The notes beneath the pieces are model-generated. The model saw only the letters and a list, made by a program, of their open reading frames with translations, was not told the DNA's origin and did no database searches. Made by a program: the position numbers and the translations under genes. Of a stretch of DNA of 64,000 bases, positions 54,338 through 62,764 are shown one piece after another. The DNA is from Candidatus Poriferisocius sp. (GTDB taxonomy: Bacteria; Actinomycetota; Acidimicrobiia; Acidimicrobiales; Bin134): NCBI RefSeq assembly GCF_965208355.1, contig NZ_CBDBOM010000003.1, positions 193,394-257,393 on the forward strand, given 5' to 3'. The first letter of the stretch is position 1. Each line of letters opens with the position of its first letter.

Positions 54338-54423
54338 GCGGGTTTGGGGGTGGCGCCGGAGGCGGACCTGGCGCACGCGAAGCACGCCAGGCCGCCGTCA
54401 GGCGACAGGACCCGCAAACCCGC
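54338..54423. repeat. structured palindromic repeat element, copy B (inverted relative to copy A)
   Basis: The 66-nt core 54349..54414 equals the reverse complement of 52968..53033 with one mismatch (54403). It has its own outer stem, GCGGGTTTGGGGG (54338..54350) with CCCGCAAACCCGC (54411..54423), paired at 12 of 13 positions. This stem uses a different sequence from the copy A stem. Possible extra terminal similarity to copy A reaches about 54474. Confidence 0.55.
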
Positions 54424-54494
54424 CGGTGGGTGGTATCGACTGGACTTGCTACAACACAAGCATCCAACCCGCCCGCCGACTAGACATTTAGCCC

Positions 54495-55661
54495 GTGGCC
54501 AAACATCCATTTCACGACGTCGCCATCGTCGGCATCGCCAACTCCGAACAAGCCCGCATCCTCGAAGGCCACGACTCCACCACCATCACCTTCCAAGCCG
54601 TCCACCGGGTGCTGGCCGACACCGGCCTGAGCCCATCAGACATCGACGGCGTCGCCGCCGGCCCTTTCAGCGGCCCGCTCACCTACTACATGCGCAACGG
54701 CCCCTCGTGGCGCCACTACATGGCCCCGTCCATCCCCACCATCCTGGACGCCGCTTCTGCCATCGCCACCGGCCAGTGCCACACCGTGTTGGTGGCCCAC
54801 GGATCAGCCGGCGTCTACACCGAGCGGGCTTCCACCGCTCCGTGGACCCGGCCGGCCCACGAGTTCGTGGTGGCCTACGGCATGTTCACCGCCGCCGAGT
54901 TCGCCCTCATTGCCCAACGCCACATGCACATGCACGGCACCACTCCTGAGCAGCTGGCCACAGTGGCCGCCACCATCCGCAACAACGGCCACGTCCATCC
55001 CGATGCGGTGTACCACGGCCGGGGGCCATTCACCCCCGACGACATACTGGCGTCGCGCATGGTGGCCGACCCCTTCCACCTGCTCGACTGCGCGATGACT
55101 TCCGAGGGGGCGTGCGCGCTGATCCTCACCACCCGGGAGCGGGCCCAAGACCTGCCCACCAAGCCGGTGTACATCTTGGGCGGGGCCTGCGACAGCTTCG
55201 GCCCCTCCTACCAGCACCCCCCGGCGTGGGACCTTGCTGGTCCATCCGGCAGGAACAACGGCTACACCGGCCGGTGGGCGGCCCAGAAGTCCTTCGCCAT
55301 GGCCGAGCTCGGTCCCACCGACGTGGACGTGTGCGAGTTCTACGATCCGTTCTCGTTCGAGATCATTCGCCAGTTCGAGGCCTACGGGTTCTGCGAAGAG
55401 GGCGAAGGCGGCGACTTCATCATGGACGGCCGCATCGGCCCCGGCGGCCAGTACCCGGTGACCACCGACGGGGGCACTATGTCGTTCAGCCACGGCGGGG
55501 CGGCGGTGCAACAGCTCCAGCGAGTTATTCGGGGGGTGGAACAGCTCCGGGGCACCTGTGTGACGTCCCAAGTGCCCGACGCCCAGGTGGCCATGTGCTC
55601 CAACGGCGGCGCCGGTGCCCTGTTCACCGATGTCATGCTGCTGGGAACGGAAACCCCATGA
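54495..55661 (+). CDS. thiolase-like (SCP-x/lipid-transfer type) protein
   Basis: HDVAIVGIANSEQ..., the C-terminal GGTMSFSHGGAAV...CSNGGAG thiolase pattern, 388 aa. It is ATGA-coupled to a DUF35 protein. Confidence 0.85.
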   Translation: MAKHPFHDVAIVGIANSEQARILEGHDSTTITFQAVHRVLADTGLSPSDIDGVAAGPFSGPLTYYMRNGPSWRHYMAPSIPTILDAASAIATGQCHTVLVAHGSAGVYTERASTAPWTRPAHEFVVAYGMFTAAEFALIAQRHMHMHGTTPEQLATVAATIRNNGHVHPDAVYHGRGPFTPDDILASRMVADPFHLLDCAMTSEGACALILTTRERAQDLPTKPVYILGGACDSFGPSYQHPPAWDLAGPSGRNNGYTGRWAAQKSFAMAELGPTDVDVCEFYDPFSFEIIRQFEAYGFCEEGEGGDFIMDGRIGPGGQYPVTTDGGTMSFSHGGAAVQQLQRVIRGVEQLRGTCVTSQVPDAQVAMCSNGGAGALFTDVMLLGTETP

Positions 55662-56080
55662 GCGAGCTACTGCAACCCCAGTCGCCGGGAATCCCCCTGC
55701 CGGTGCCCACGCTGTATTCCCAGCCCTACTGGGACGGCTGCAAGGTCGGTGAGCTGCGCTACCAGCGATGCCGGGACTGCGGCGCCATCACCATGGATCC
55801 GGCTCCGGCCTGCTCGGCCTGCTTCTCGACCAACCTCGACTGGGAGGTCAGCACCGGCCAGGGCGAGGTGTACTCCTGGACCACCGTTTGGCGCCCCCAA
55901 ACCCCGGCGTTCACCGTGCCCTACGTAGCGGTGATCGTGACGCTGGACGAAGGGTTCTGGCTGCTGGCCAACCTGATCAACTGTCCGGTCGACGCTGTCC
56001 ATGTCGGCATGCGAGTCAAGACCACCTTTGTGGAGCTGAGCGAAGAAATCACCTTGCCCTACTTCGAGCCGGCTGATTAA
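55658..56080 (+). CDS. DUF35 OB-fold/zinc-ribbon protein (thiolase partner)
   Basis: ATG at 55658 overlaps the thiolase stop. YWDGCKVGELRYQRCRDCGAITMDPAPACSAC is a four-Cys ribbon, followed by an OB-fold block GEVYSWTTV, 140 aa. Confidence 0.85.
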   Translation: MSELLQPQSPGIPLPVPTLYSQPYWDGCKVGELRYQRCRDCGAITMDPAPACSACFSTNLDWEVSTGQGEVYSWTTVWRPQTPAFTVPYVAVIVTLDEGFWLLANLINCPVDAVHVGMRVKTTFVELSEEITLPYFEPAD

Positions 56081-56979
56081 CGGGAGGGCTCGAGGTAGAC
56101 GTTGGTGGCGGTAGGGACGGCGGCGCGCAGGCGGGCCTCCACCGCGGCAATGGCCGCAGGCATCTGATCGCCCGATAGGTGGTCGGCGAAGTCCACTTCG
56201 GCAGCTACCAGCAGCTCCTCGGGGCCGAGGTGCTGGGTGCGCATGTCGACCACCCGGTCGATTTCGGGCGATTCGTCCAACGCAGCCCGCAGACGGGCCC
56301 GATCCTCTTCGGTGGCGCTCTCGCCGATCAGCAGGCTCTTCATCTCGATGGCCAACACGATGGCGATGATCCCCAACAGCACGCCGATCACCAGGGTGCC
56401 CACCCCGTCCCAGCGGGGCTCTCCGGTGACCTCGGCCAGCACCACGGCGATCAGCGCGAACACCAAGCCGAACATGGCCCCGAGATCTTCCAGCAGCACC
56501 ACCGGCAATTCGGGAGTGCGGGAGCGGCGGATGAATGTGCCCCACGAGAGCTTGCCCCGCACCTTGTTGGACTCCACGATGGCGGTGCGGAACGACAGCG
56601 ACTCCACCACGATGCCGAAGATGAGAATGCCGATGGCCACCCACAGCGATTCCAGCTCGTGGGGGTGGCGCACCTTCTCGATTCCCTCGTTGATGGCGAA
56701 TAGCGCGCCCAGGGTGAACAGGATGATGGACACCACAAACGACCAGAAGTAGCGCTCCCGGCCGTAGCCGAACGGGTGGCGCGGAGTGGGATCCCGCTTG
56801 GCCAGGCGACCGCCCATCAGCAGTAGGGCCTGGTTGCCGGTATCGGCGCAGGAGTGGACCCCTTCGGCCAGCATGGACGCCGAGCGGGTGACGGCGAACC
56901 CTACGAATTTGGCAATGGCGATGGCCAAATTGGCGAAGAGCGCCGCCAATACGGCTTTGGTGCCTCCTCCAGCGGCCAT
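56077..56979 (-). CDS. cation diffusion facilitator (CDF) family metal efflux transporter
   Basis: LFANLAIAIAKFVGFAVTRSASMLAEGVHSCADTGNQ (TM1-2 with the HxxxD site), six hydrophobic segments and a C-terminal cytoplasmic domain. Start chosen at MAAGGGTK. Confidence 0.85.
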   Translation of the reverse strand: MAAGGGTKAVLAALFANLAIAIAKFVGFAVTRSASMLAEGVHSCADTGNQALLLMGGRLAKRDPTPRHPFGYGRERYFWSFVVSIILFTLGALFAINEGIEKVRHPHELESLWVAIGILIFGIVVESLSFRTAIVESNKVRGKLSWGTFIRRSRTPELPVVLLEDLGAMFGLVFALIAVVLAEVTGEPRWDGVGTLVIGVLLGIIAIVLAIEMKSLLIGESATEEDRARLRAALDESPEIDRVVDMRTQHLGPEELLVAAEVDFADHLSGDQMPAAIAAVEARLRAAVPTATNVYLEPSR

Positions 56980-57020
56980 GCCCAATGGGTAGCACACCGC
57001 AGGCGGGTAATCTCAGTTGC

Positions 57021-57794
57021 GTGTTCAGCATCGAAATTGAGGGGCCGGTGGCCCGGGTCACTCTGGCCAACCCGCAGCGGCGCAATGCGCTCAGCCTGGA
57101 GCTAATGCAGCGCCTTACCCATGCGCTGCACGAGTTGGGAGAAAAGACCGACGTCGGGGCGATCGTGATCGCTGCCGAGGGGCCGGCATTCTCTGCTGGC
57201 CACGACCTGTCGGAGATGGTCGATCGGGACGGCCAGTTCTACGACGAACTGTTCGAGGCATGCACGCACCTGATGGACGCGGTCCACGCCGCACCCCAGC
57301 CGGTGATCGCCGAAGTAGACGGAGTGGCCACCGCCGCGGGCTGCCAGCTGGTGGCGGCCTGCGATCTGGCGGTGGCCTCCACTGGCTCGACTTTCGCCAC
57401 GCCCGGAGTGCGCATCGGGCTGTTCTGCTCCACCCCGATGGTGCCCATTTCCCGGGCAGTTGGGCGCAAGCGGGCCATGGAGATGCTGCTCACCGGCGAG
57501 CCCATCGACGCGGCCACCGCGGCGGAATGGGGGCTGGTCAACCGGGTTGTTCCCCCCGACCAGTTGCGAGCGGCCACAAACGAGTTGGCCGCCCAGATCA
57601 CCAGGTTCAGCGACCACACCATCGCCATCGGCAAACAGGCCTTTTACCGCCAACTCGACTGCGGCGAGCCCGAAGCCTATGAGTTGACCCGTGAGGTGAT
57701 GGCGGCCAACGCCGCCACCGACGACGCCCAGGAGGGCATCGACGCCTTCTTGACCAAGCGCTCCCCATCGTGGTCGGGCCGTCAGGGCCGCTAA
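57021..57794 (+). CDS. enoyl-CoA hydratase/isomerase (crotonase family)
   Basis: GTG at 57021. VFSIEIEGPVARVTLANPQRRNAL...EGPAFSAGHDL crotonase motifs. Confidence 0.85.
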   Translation: MFSIEIEGPVARVTLANPQRRNALSLELMQRLTHALHELGEKTDVGAIVIAAEGPAFSAGHDLSEMVDRDGQFYDELFEACTHLMDAVHAAPQPVIAEVDGVATAAGCQLVAACDLAVASTGSTFATPGVRIGLFCSTPMVPISRAVGRKRAMEMLLTGEPIDAATAAEWGLVNRVVPPDQLRAATNELAAQITRFSDHTIAIGKQAFYRQLDCGEPEAYELTREVMAANAATDDAQEGIDAFLTKRSPSWSGRQGR

Positions 57795-57804
57795 CTTCCC
57801 GCCT

Positions 57805-58263
57805 ATGGGAACCGTCTTTGCCACTGTCGATGATCTACCGGCCGCCGTTGGCCAGCACTTGGGGTGGAGCGACTGGATGGAGATCACCCAAGAGCGGGTG
57901 AACCAGTTCGCCGACGCCACCGGCGACCACCAGTGGATCCACATCGACCCCGAGCGGGCCGCGGCCGAGAGCCCCTATGGGGCCACCATCGCTCACGGCT
58001 ACCTCACACTGTCGCTCACCAACATGTTCTTGCCCAGCTTGATCACCGTGGAGCAGATCTCCATGGGCATCAACTACGGCGTCAACAAGGTGCGGTTCCC
58101 CGCGCCCGTCCCGGTGGGGTCGCGCGTCCGGGTGGGTGCCGAGCTCAGCTCGGTGGACGAGATCAACGGCGGTGTGCAGGCCGTCATCACCATCACCGTG
58201 GAAGTGGAAGGCAGCCCGAAACCAGCGTGCGTGGTGGAGAGCCTCACCCGCTACATGCGCTGA
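57805..58263 (+). CDS. MaoC-like (R)-specific enoyl-CoA hydratase, single hot-dog
   Basis: FADATGDHQWIHIDPERAAAESPYGATIAHGYL hydratase motif, 152 aa. Confidence 0.85.
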   Translation: MGTVFATVDDLPAAVGQHLGWSDWMEITQERVNQFADATGDHQWIHIDPERAAAESPYGATIAHGYLTLSLTNMFLPSLITVEQISMGINYGVNKVRFPAPVPVGSRVRVGAELSSVDEINGGVQAVITITVEVEGSPKPACVVESLTRYMR

Positions 58264-58298
58264 GCGATTCTGGATTGGGCCGGTAGAGTTAGTCGGCG

Positions 58299-59240
58299 AT
58301 GGCAAAGCGCAAGCGGTCGCGAGTGGCGACGTTGGAGCGGGTGCCGGTTTCTGACCCGCCAGTGAGACCGGGGCTCATCGGTCCTCGCCGTCGGGTGCCC
58401 AGCCACATCGAGCGGCCCCCGTACGCCCGCTCGGGGGAGCCCGGTCACCCGAAGTCCTCTGCGGTGCGCAGCGCTGCCGAGATCGAGGCGATGCGCAAGG
58501 CCGGACAAATGGCCGCGGAAGTGCTGCTCTTTGCCGGAGAATTGGTGGCCCCTGGGGTGACCACCGACAGCATCGATGCCGAAGTCCACGAGGAGATCGT
58601 GCGTCGGGGGGCCTATCCCAGCCCGCTCAACTACCGGGGCTATCCCAAGTCGGTGTGTACGTCGATCAACGAGGTCATCTGCCACGGCATCCCCGATAGC
58701 CGGGCGCTGGCTGACGGCGACATCGTCAACATCGACATCACCGTGTTTCTCGACGGGGTGCACGGCGACACATCGGTCACGTTTGAGGTAGGCGACGTGG
58801 ACGATCACTCCCGCCTGTTGGTGCGGGAAACCCGGGCTGCCATGTATTTGGGAATCGAAGCGGTCAAAGACGGTGCGCCGGTCAGCGCCATTGGGAAAGC
58901 GATCGAGTCCCATGCCCGACTCCACCGGCTAGGGGTGGTGCGGGAGTTCATCGGCCACGGTGTGGGTACGGATTTCCACGCTGGGCTGCAAGTCCCGCAC
59001 TACTACGACCGCTCCCATTCCACCCCGCTGGAGACCGGAATGACCTTCACCATCGAGCCCATGCTCACCTTGGGTTCTCCCAGTCTGTATTTGTGGGACG
59101 ACCAGTGGACTGCGGTGACCGCTGATCAGCGGCGCAGCGCCCAGTTCGAGCACACCCTGCTGTGTACTGACAGCGGCGCTGAGATTCTGACCCGCACTCC
59201 CACCGGGGAGGGCGCCGCCGAGGTCTACGCCCGAGACTGA
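58299..59240 (+). CDS. map: type I methionine aminopeptidase with Pro-rich N-terminal extension
   Basis: EIEAMRKAG...VCTSINEVICHGIP...DIVNIDITV...HGVG...FTIEP metal-ligand blocks. The ~55-aa basic, Pro-rich N-terminal extension resembles type Ic enzymes. Confidence 0.95.
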   Translation: MAKRKRSRVATLERVPVSDPPVRPGLIGPRRRVPSHIERPPYARSGEPGHPKSSAVRSAAEIEAMRKAGQMAAEVLLFAGELVAPGVTTDSIDAEVHEEIVRRGAYPSPLNYRGYPKSVCTSINEVICHGIPDSRALADGDIVNIDITVFLDGVHGDTSVTFEVGDVDDHSRLLVRETRAAMYLGIEAVKDGAPVSAIGKAIESHARLHRLGVVREFIGHGVGTDFHAGLQVPHYYDRSHSTPLETGMTFTIEPMLTLGSPSLYLWDDQWTAVTADQRRSAQFEHTLLCTDSGAEILTRTPTGEGAAEVYARD

Positions 59241-59252
59241 ACCAACCGGCCG

Positions 59253-60074
59253 CTAATCCCAGTACCAGGCCAAGCCGCGTACTCCTGTCCCGGAGTTGAT
59301 CATCATCGCTTGGCCGAATTGGCTGATGAAGGCGTCGGCGGGCTGAACTTCGGCGGTTACCGCCTCGAGAAGGTCGGCGGCCCGGTCGGGAGCCTCGGCA
59401 TGGAGGCAAACCAAGTGAAGCAAGGCGTCGTCCGCCGGTCGGGTTCGCCGCCAGAGATTCAAAAGGCGCTGGTGAGCGGCTTCATCGCTGAGCGCGGGCC
59501 GAAGCCGGCGGATCACTGCGTCGTGGATGTCGAACATGGGGCGCAGCCCGATCAGGTTCCCGGCTCGCCCGGCCAGGCCGGGCACGCGGCCGCTGCGGAT
59601 CAGCTGGTCGAGGTTGGCCAGTGCCCCCACAAGCTTTACCTGCCTAGCCACCGTCTCAGCCTTGGCCACAACCTCGTCCAGAGTCGCACCGGCCCGGGCA
59701 GATCGGGCCGCAGCCACCGTTACCAGTCCTTGGCCACCGGCTGCGGTTCGGCTGTCCACCACCGCCACCGGACATTCCACGGCCTTGGCGGCCAAAACTG
59801 CCGACTGGTTGGTGATGCTCAGGGTTGAGGTCACCGTCACGATCACGACACCATCACCTTGGTCTTGATCGGCAATGGCTTGAATGAATGCACCCGGTGA
59901 AGGGCCCGAGGACGAGTGGGTCTTGGCGTCCAGGATCTCCGCGGTGTCGAGCTCCCCGTCGGCCACCGTTCGGCCGTCCATGGTGATCATGAGAGGAACC
60001 ACCGCGATGTTCCAGGCAGCCCGCACATCCTCGGGCAGTGCCGCGGTGCTGTCGGTGACGATGCCGACCGTCAC
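59253..60074 (-). CDS. DegV-family fatty-acid-binding protein
   Basis: GTG at 60074 overlaps the MFS stop as GTGA. VGIVTDSTAALP...SSSGPSPGAF DegV motifs, ~273 aa. The track extension to 60383 is an Arg-rich read of the MFS gene in another frame. Confidence 0.85.
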   Translation of the reverse strand: MTVGIVTDSTAALPEDVRAAWNIAVVPLMITMDGRTVADGELDTAEILDAKTHSSSGPSPGAFIQAIADQDQGDGVVIVTVTSTLSITNQSAVLAAKAVECPVAVVDSRTAAGGQGLVTVAAARSARAGATLDEVVAKAETVARQVKLVGALANLDQLIRSGRVPGLAGRAGNLIGLRPMFDIHDAVIRRLRPALSDEAAHQRLLNLWRRTRPADDALLHLVCLHAEAPDRAADLLEAVTAEVQPADAFISQFGQAMMINSGTGVRGLAWYWD

Positions 60075-61330
60075 TCGCGGGCCTTTTCGACGTCGACGTC
60101 GAGAATCGGGCGGACTGTGGCCGCTGAGGCCAACACCAACAGGCCCGACGCCAGCAAAACCGACCGGGTGCCGGGCAGTCCCGCGCCGTTTAGCCCGTCG
60201 CCGATGGCACCCGCCCCTAGCGCAGCGGCACCCAGCCCGATTCGGATCACCACGTGGAACGCCGAGAAGGCCAAGACCCGCTCTTCTTCCTGGGGTATCC
60301 GGGCTTGGAGGGCGCTCATCCCCGATGTGAGAGCCACGGTGGCCCCGGCCCCGAACCCGACAGCGCCAAGGAAGGTCAGCCACACCGTTGGGCTCTGGCT
60401 CATCAGCGCTACCAATGCCCCCATGACCAGCGCGCCTCGTCGGGTGAGAACCAACAGGTCAACATGCTGAGACTTGTGGGCGAGCGCCAGGCCAATGCCG
60501 GCACCGCAGCCGAATAAAGCGATAAGCACGCCGAATTCGATGTCGGAAGCCTCCAGTTCTTCTTGCACCAGCTTGATTCCCAGCGAGAACAGCGCACCCA
60601 GGCCCACTGCCGCGGCCGCCGTGGCCGGCAGGATTCTGCGCACCAGCGGCACCGACCACGCGTCGCGGAATCGGCTCGGGGAAACGGAGATGTCACCCTC
60701 CGAGAAGGCGGGACTATCGGAGGTCTCCCCAACCGGCGTTCCCCGGCCCTTGAGGCCGAGGGCTCGGGCGATGAAGTAGGCGGAAACAAAGAACGTGAGT
60801 GCGTCGACCCAAAAGACCAGGGCGTAGGGGTGCGAACCCAGCCATCCGTCATCCAGCGGCAGAGCCGCAAACGCGGCGAACAGACCCGCTCCGATCGGGA
60901 TGTTTCCGTACGACGATCCCATCATGGCGGCGTTGGCCAGCGGCAGATCGGGTTCGTCCACCAGATCGGGGATGGCCGAATCCCGGGAGGCCAGGAACAC
61001 CACGCTGGGGGCTTCCAGGGCTAGAGCCCACAAGTACACCCACCAGAGCTCCTGCACGAAGGGGACAACCGCGATCATCCCGGCCCGCAGAAGGTCCATG
61101 GTGATCATGGTCCGGCGGCGGTCCCAGCGATTCACGAGCTTGGCGGCCAGCGTTCCGCCTAACGCCGCAGGAATGAGCCGGAAGAAGAGGATGCCGCCCA
61201 CGGCAGTGGCCGAGTCGCTCAGGTGATCGACCAGCGCCATGAGGGCGAAGGTGCCCATCCAATCGCCGAGCGCGGACGCCCCCTGCCCGATGAGAAGTCG
61301 ACGGAAGTCGACCTTGGTGCGAAGGCTCAA
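60071..61330 (-). CDS. MFS transporter
   Basis: 419 aa with about 12 hydrophobic segments and an N-terminal FRRLLIGQGASALGDWMG pattern typical of MFS_1/MFS_3 proteins. Confidence 0.8.
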   Translation of the reverse strand: MSLRTKVDFRRLLIGQGASALGDWMGTFALMALVDHLSDSATAVGGILFFRLIPAALGGTLAAKLVNRWDRRRTMITMDLLRAGMIAVVPFVQELWWVYLWALALEAPSVVFLASRDSAIPDLVDEPDLPLANAAMMGSSYGNIPIGAGLFAAFAALPLDDGWLGSHPYALVFWVDALTFFVSAYFIARALGLKGRGTPVGETSDSPAFSEGDISVSPSRFRDAWSVPLVRRILPATAAAAVGLGALFSLGIKLVQEELEASDIEFGVLIALFGCGAGIGLALAHKSQHVDLLVLTRRGALVMGALVALMSQSPTVWLTFLGAVGFGAGATVALTSGMSALQARIPQEEERVLAFSAFHVVIRIGLGAAALGAGAIGDGLNGAGLPGTRSVLLASGLLVLASAATVRPILDVDVEKARE

Positions 61331-61367
61331 GGTTCTCTAACGGGAGGGCCGGCCTGTGCTTCGAGTC

Positions 61368-61994
61368 TCAAGGGTTGGACGGGGTGGCTGAGACCCAGCT
61401 GTCGTTGTCGAAAACCAGTCGATGGGCGGCGGCCTTCATTCGGTTGGGGGTAGGCAGCGGCTCATTGCCCAGAACGCGCTTGATCAATATGGGGACGATG
61501 ATCACGGTACTGGCGATAGCGGCCTGGCCGTCGGCCACCAGCAGCAAGAACGGAGGCAGCGCTGGCATGGTTATGAACACCACCAGACCGGTGTGGCGAA
61601 GAATGCGGCCAAGGGCCAATCCCCCCAACAGGAAGAGCGCCGCAGGCCAGGCGATCACCGCGAATGCGCCCAACGCCGGAGACAGACCCCGGCCGCCGGC
61701 GCCGTTGATAAACATCGACCAGTTATGGCCAATCACCGACACGGCCCCAGCAAACGCCATCAGCAGCCAGCGGTCACCGGCCAAGAACGGTCCCAGTGCC
61801 CCCTTGCCCACATCGCAGAGGCCTCCCACGACCAAGGGGATGAAGCCGGCAACCCGATACAGGCCGGTTCCCGAGACTGTTCCGGTGCCCACTTGGCGTA
61901 GGTCGGTTCGGGCCAGCGACTGGGCAATCATGTAGGAGAAAGGAACCGCGCCAGCCGCAAAGGCCACGATGAGTACCATCGTCCCCCACATCAT
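61368..61994 (-). CDS. PlsY-family (glycerol-3-phosphate acyltransferase-like) membrane protein, divergent motifs
   Basis: DLRQVGTGTVSGTG..., DVGKGA and GHNWSMF..GAGGRG are collinear with the PlsY motifs GSGNxGATN, D..KG and GH.fP.F..f.GGKG. The start is uncertain (61994, 61991 or 61979). Confidence 0.65.
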   Translation of the reverse strand: MMWGTMVLIVAFAAGAVPFSYMIAQSLARTDLRQVGTGTVSGTGLYRVAGFIPLVVGGLCDVGKGALGPFLAGDRWLLMAFAGAVSVIGHNWSMFINGAGGRGLSPALGAFAVIAWPAALFLLGGLALGRILRHTGLVVFITMPALPPFLLLVADGQAAIASTVIIVPILIKRVLGNEPLPTPNRMKAAAHRLVFDNDSWVSATPSNP

Positions 61995-62098
61995 CGATAG
62001 AGATTCTGCCCCAATTTGGGGCAGCTTTGCCACAGGTTGACGAAGTTGGATTGCTGAAGGTCCGCCATGAGACTTCGGCATGGCAAGATGGGGCCGCA

Positions 62099-62761
62099 AT
62101 GAGTTCCGGCGAACGAACCCGCTTGCTGTTGATCCGCCACGGTGAATCGGAGGTGACGGTCAAACAGATCATCGGCGGAGATCTGGCTTGTACGGGCTTG
62201 TCGCCGCTGGGCCGTAGTCAGGCTGAAGCGCTCGGCGAGCGCTATATGCAGGGCCATGAGCCCAAGGTGGATGCGCTGTGGTCCAGCACCCTGCCCCGGG
62301 CGATCGAAACCGCCGAGCTGCTGTCTCCCTCGTTGGGCGGATTGAAGGTGCACACCCATCCCGACCTCGTAGAACGCCGGCCGGGAGAGGCCGACGGGGT
62401 GGGCTACAAGGAGTTCGGGAATCTGTTCGAGTGGACCGGGGATTTCCACCCCCACTTGCCGCTGGCGCCTGGCGGGGAGAGCCTGGCCGCCTTCTCCTAC
62501 CGCACTGGTCAGGCGCTCTACGATCTGGTCGAGGGGAGTCCCGGCACCACCATGATGGTGGTTTGCCATGGCGGGGTGATCGACATCGCCATGCGGCTTT
62601 TTCTGAGCTTGGGGATGAACATCCAGTTCGTGCTCTGGACCCTGAACACGTCCATTACGGAGTTCGTGACCACCGATGAGCCCGGCGTGTGGCGGCTGGT
62701 GCGGTACAACGACGCCGCCCACTTGGACGGGCTGCCACCCCGCACCGAGCCGGCCGAATAA
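62099..62761 (+). CDS. histidine phosphatase (phosphoglycerate mutase) family protein
   Basis: ATG at 62099. LLLIRHGESE RHG motif and a later CHGGVI His motif, 220 aa. Confidence 0.85.
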   Translation: MSSGERTRLLLIRHGESEVTVKQIIGGDLACTGLSPLGRSQAEALGERYMQGHEPKVDALWSSTLPRAIETAELLSPSLGGLKVHTHPDLVERRPGEADGVGYKEFGNLFEWTGDFHPHLPLAPGGESLAAFSYRTGQALYDLVEGSPGTTMMVVCHGGVIDIAMRLFLSLGMNIQFVLWTLNTSITEFVTTDEPGVWRLVRYNDAAHLDGLPPRTEPAE

Positions 62762-62764
62762 CGA

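Noticed and set aside
54287-54385. Upstream extension of the CoA-transferase ORF (track start 54385).
   Set aside because: The extension translates repeat copy B (MLRVRQVRLRRHPQ...). The GTG at 54286 has a GGAGG at proper spacing and yields the family-typical N-terminus.
52931-54423. Idea that the two repeat copies plus the enclosed CoA-transferase gene form an active composite transposon.
   Set aside because: No transposase or recombinase is present between or near the copies. The enclosed gene has ordinary composition and context. Only recombination potential can be suggested.
55667-57085. 472-aa minus-strand ORF spanning the DUF35, CDF and crotonase genes. Similar long shadow ORFs occur at 42531..43832 (+), 22379..23635 (-), 5072..6172 (+) and 16961..18079 (+).
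   Set aside because: The translations are Arg/Gly/Pro-rich and low in complexity. They overlap well-supported genes in other frames or on the other strand, so they are artefacts of stop-codon scarcity at high GC.
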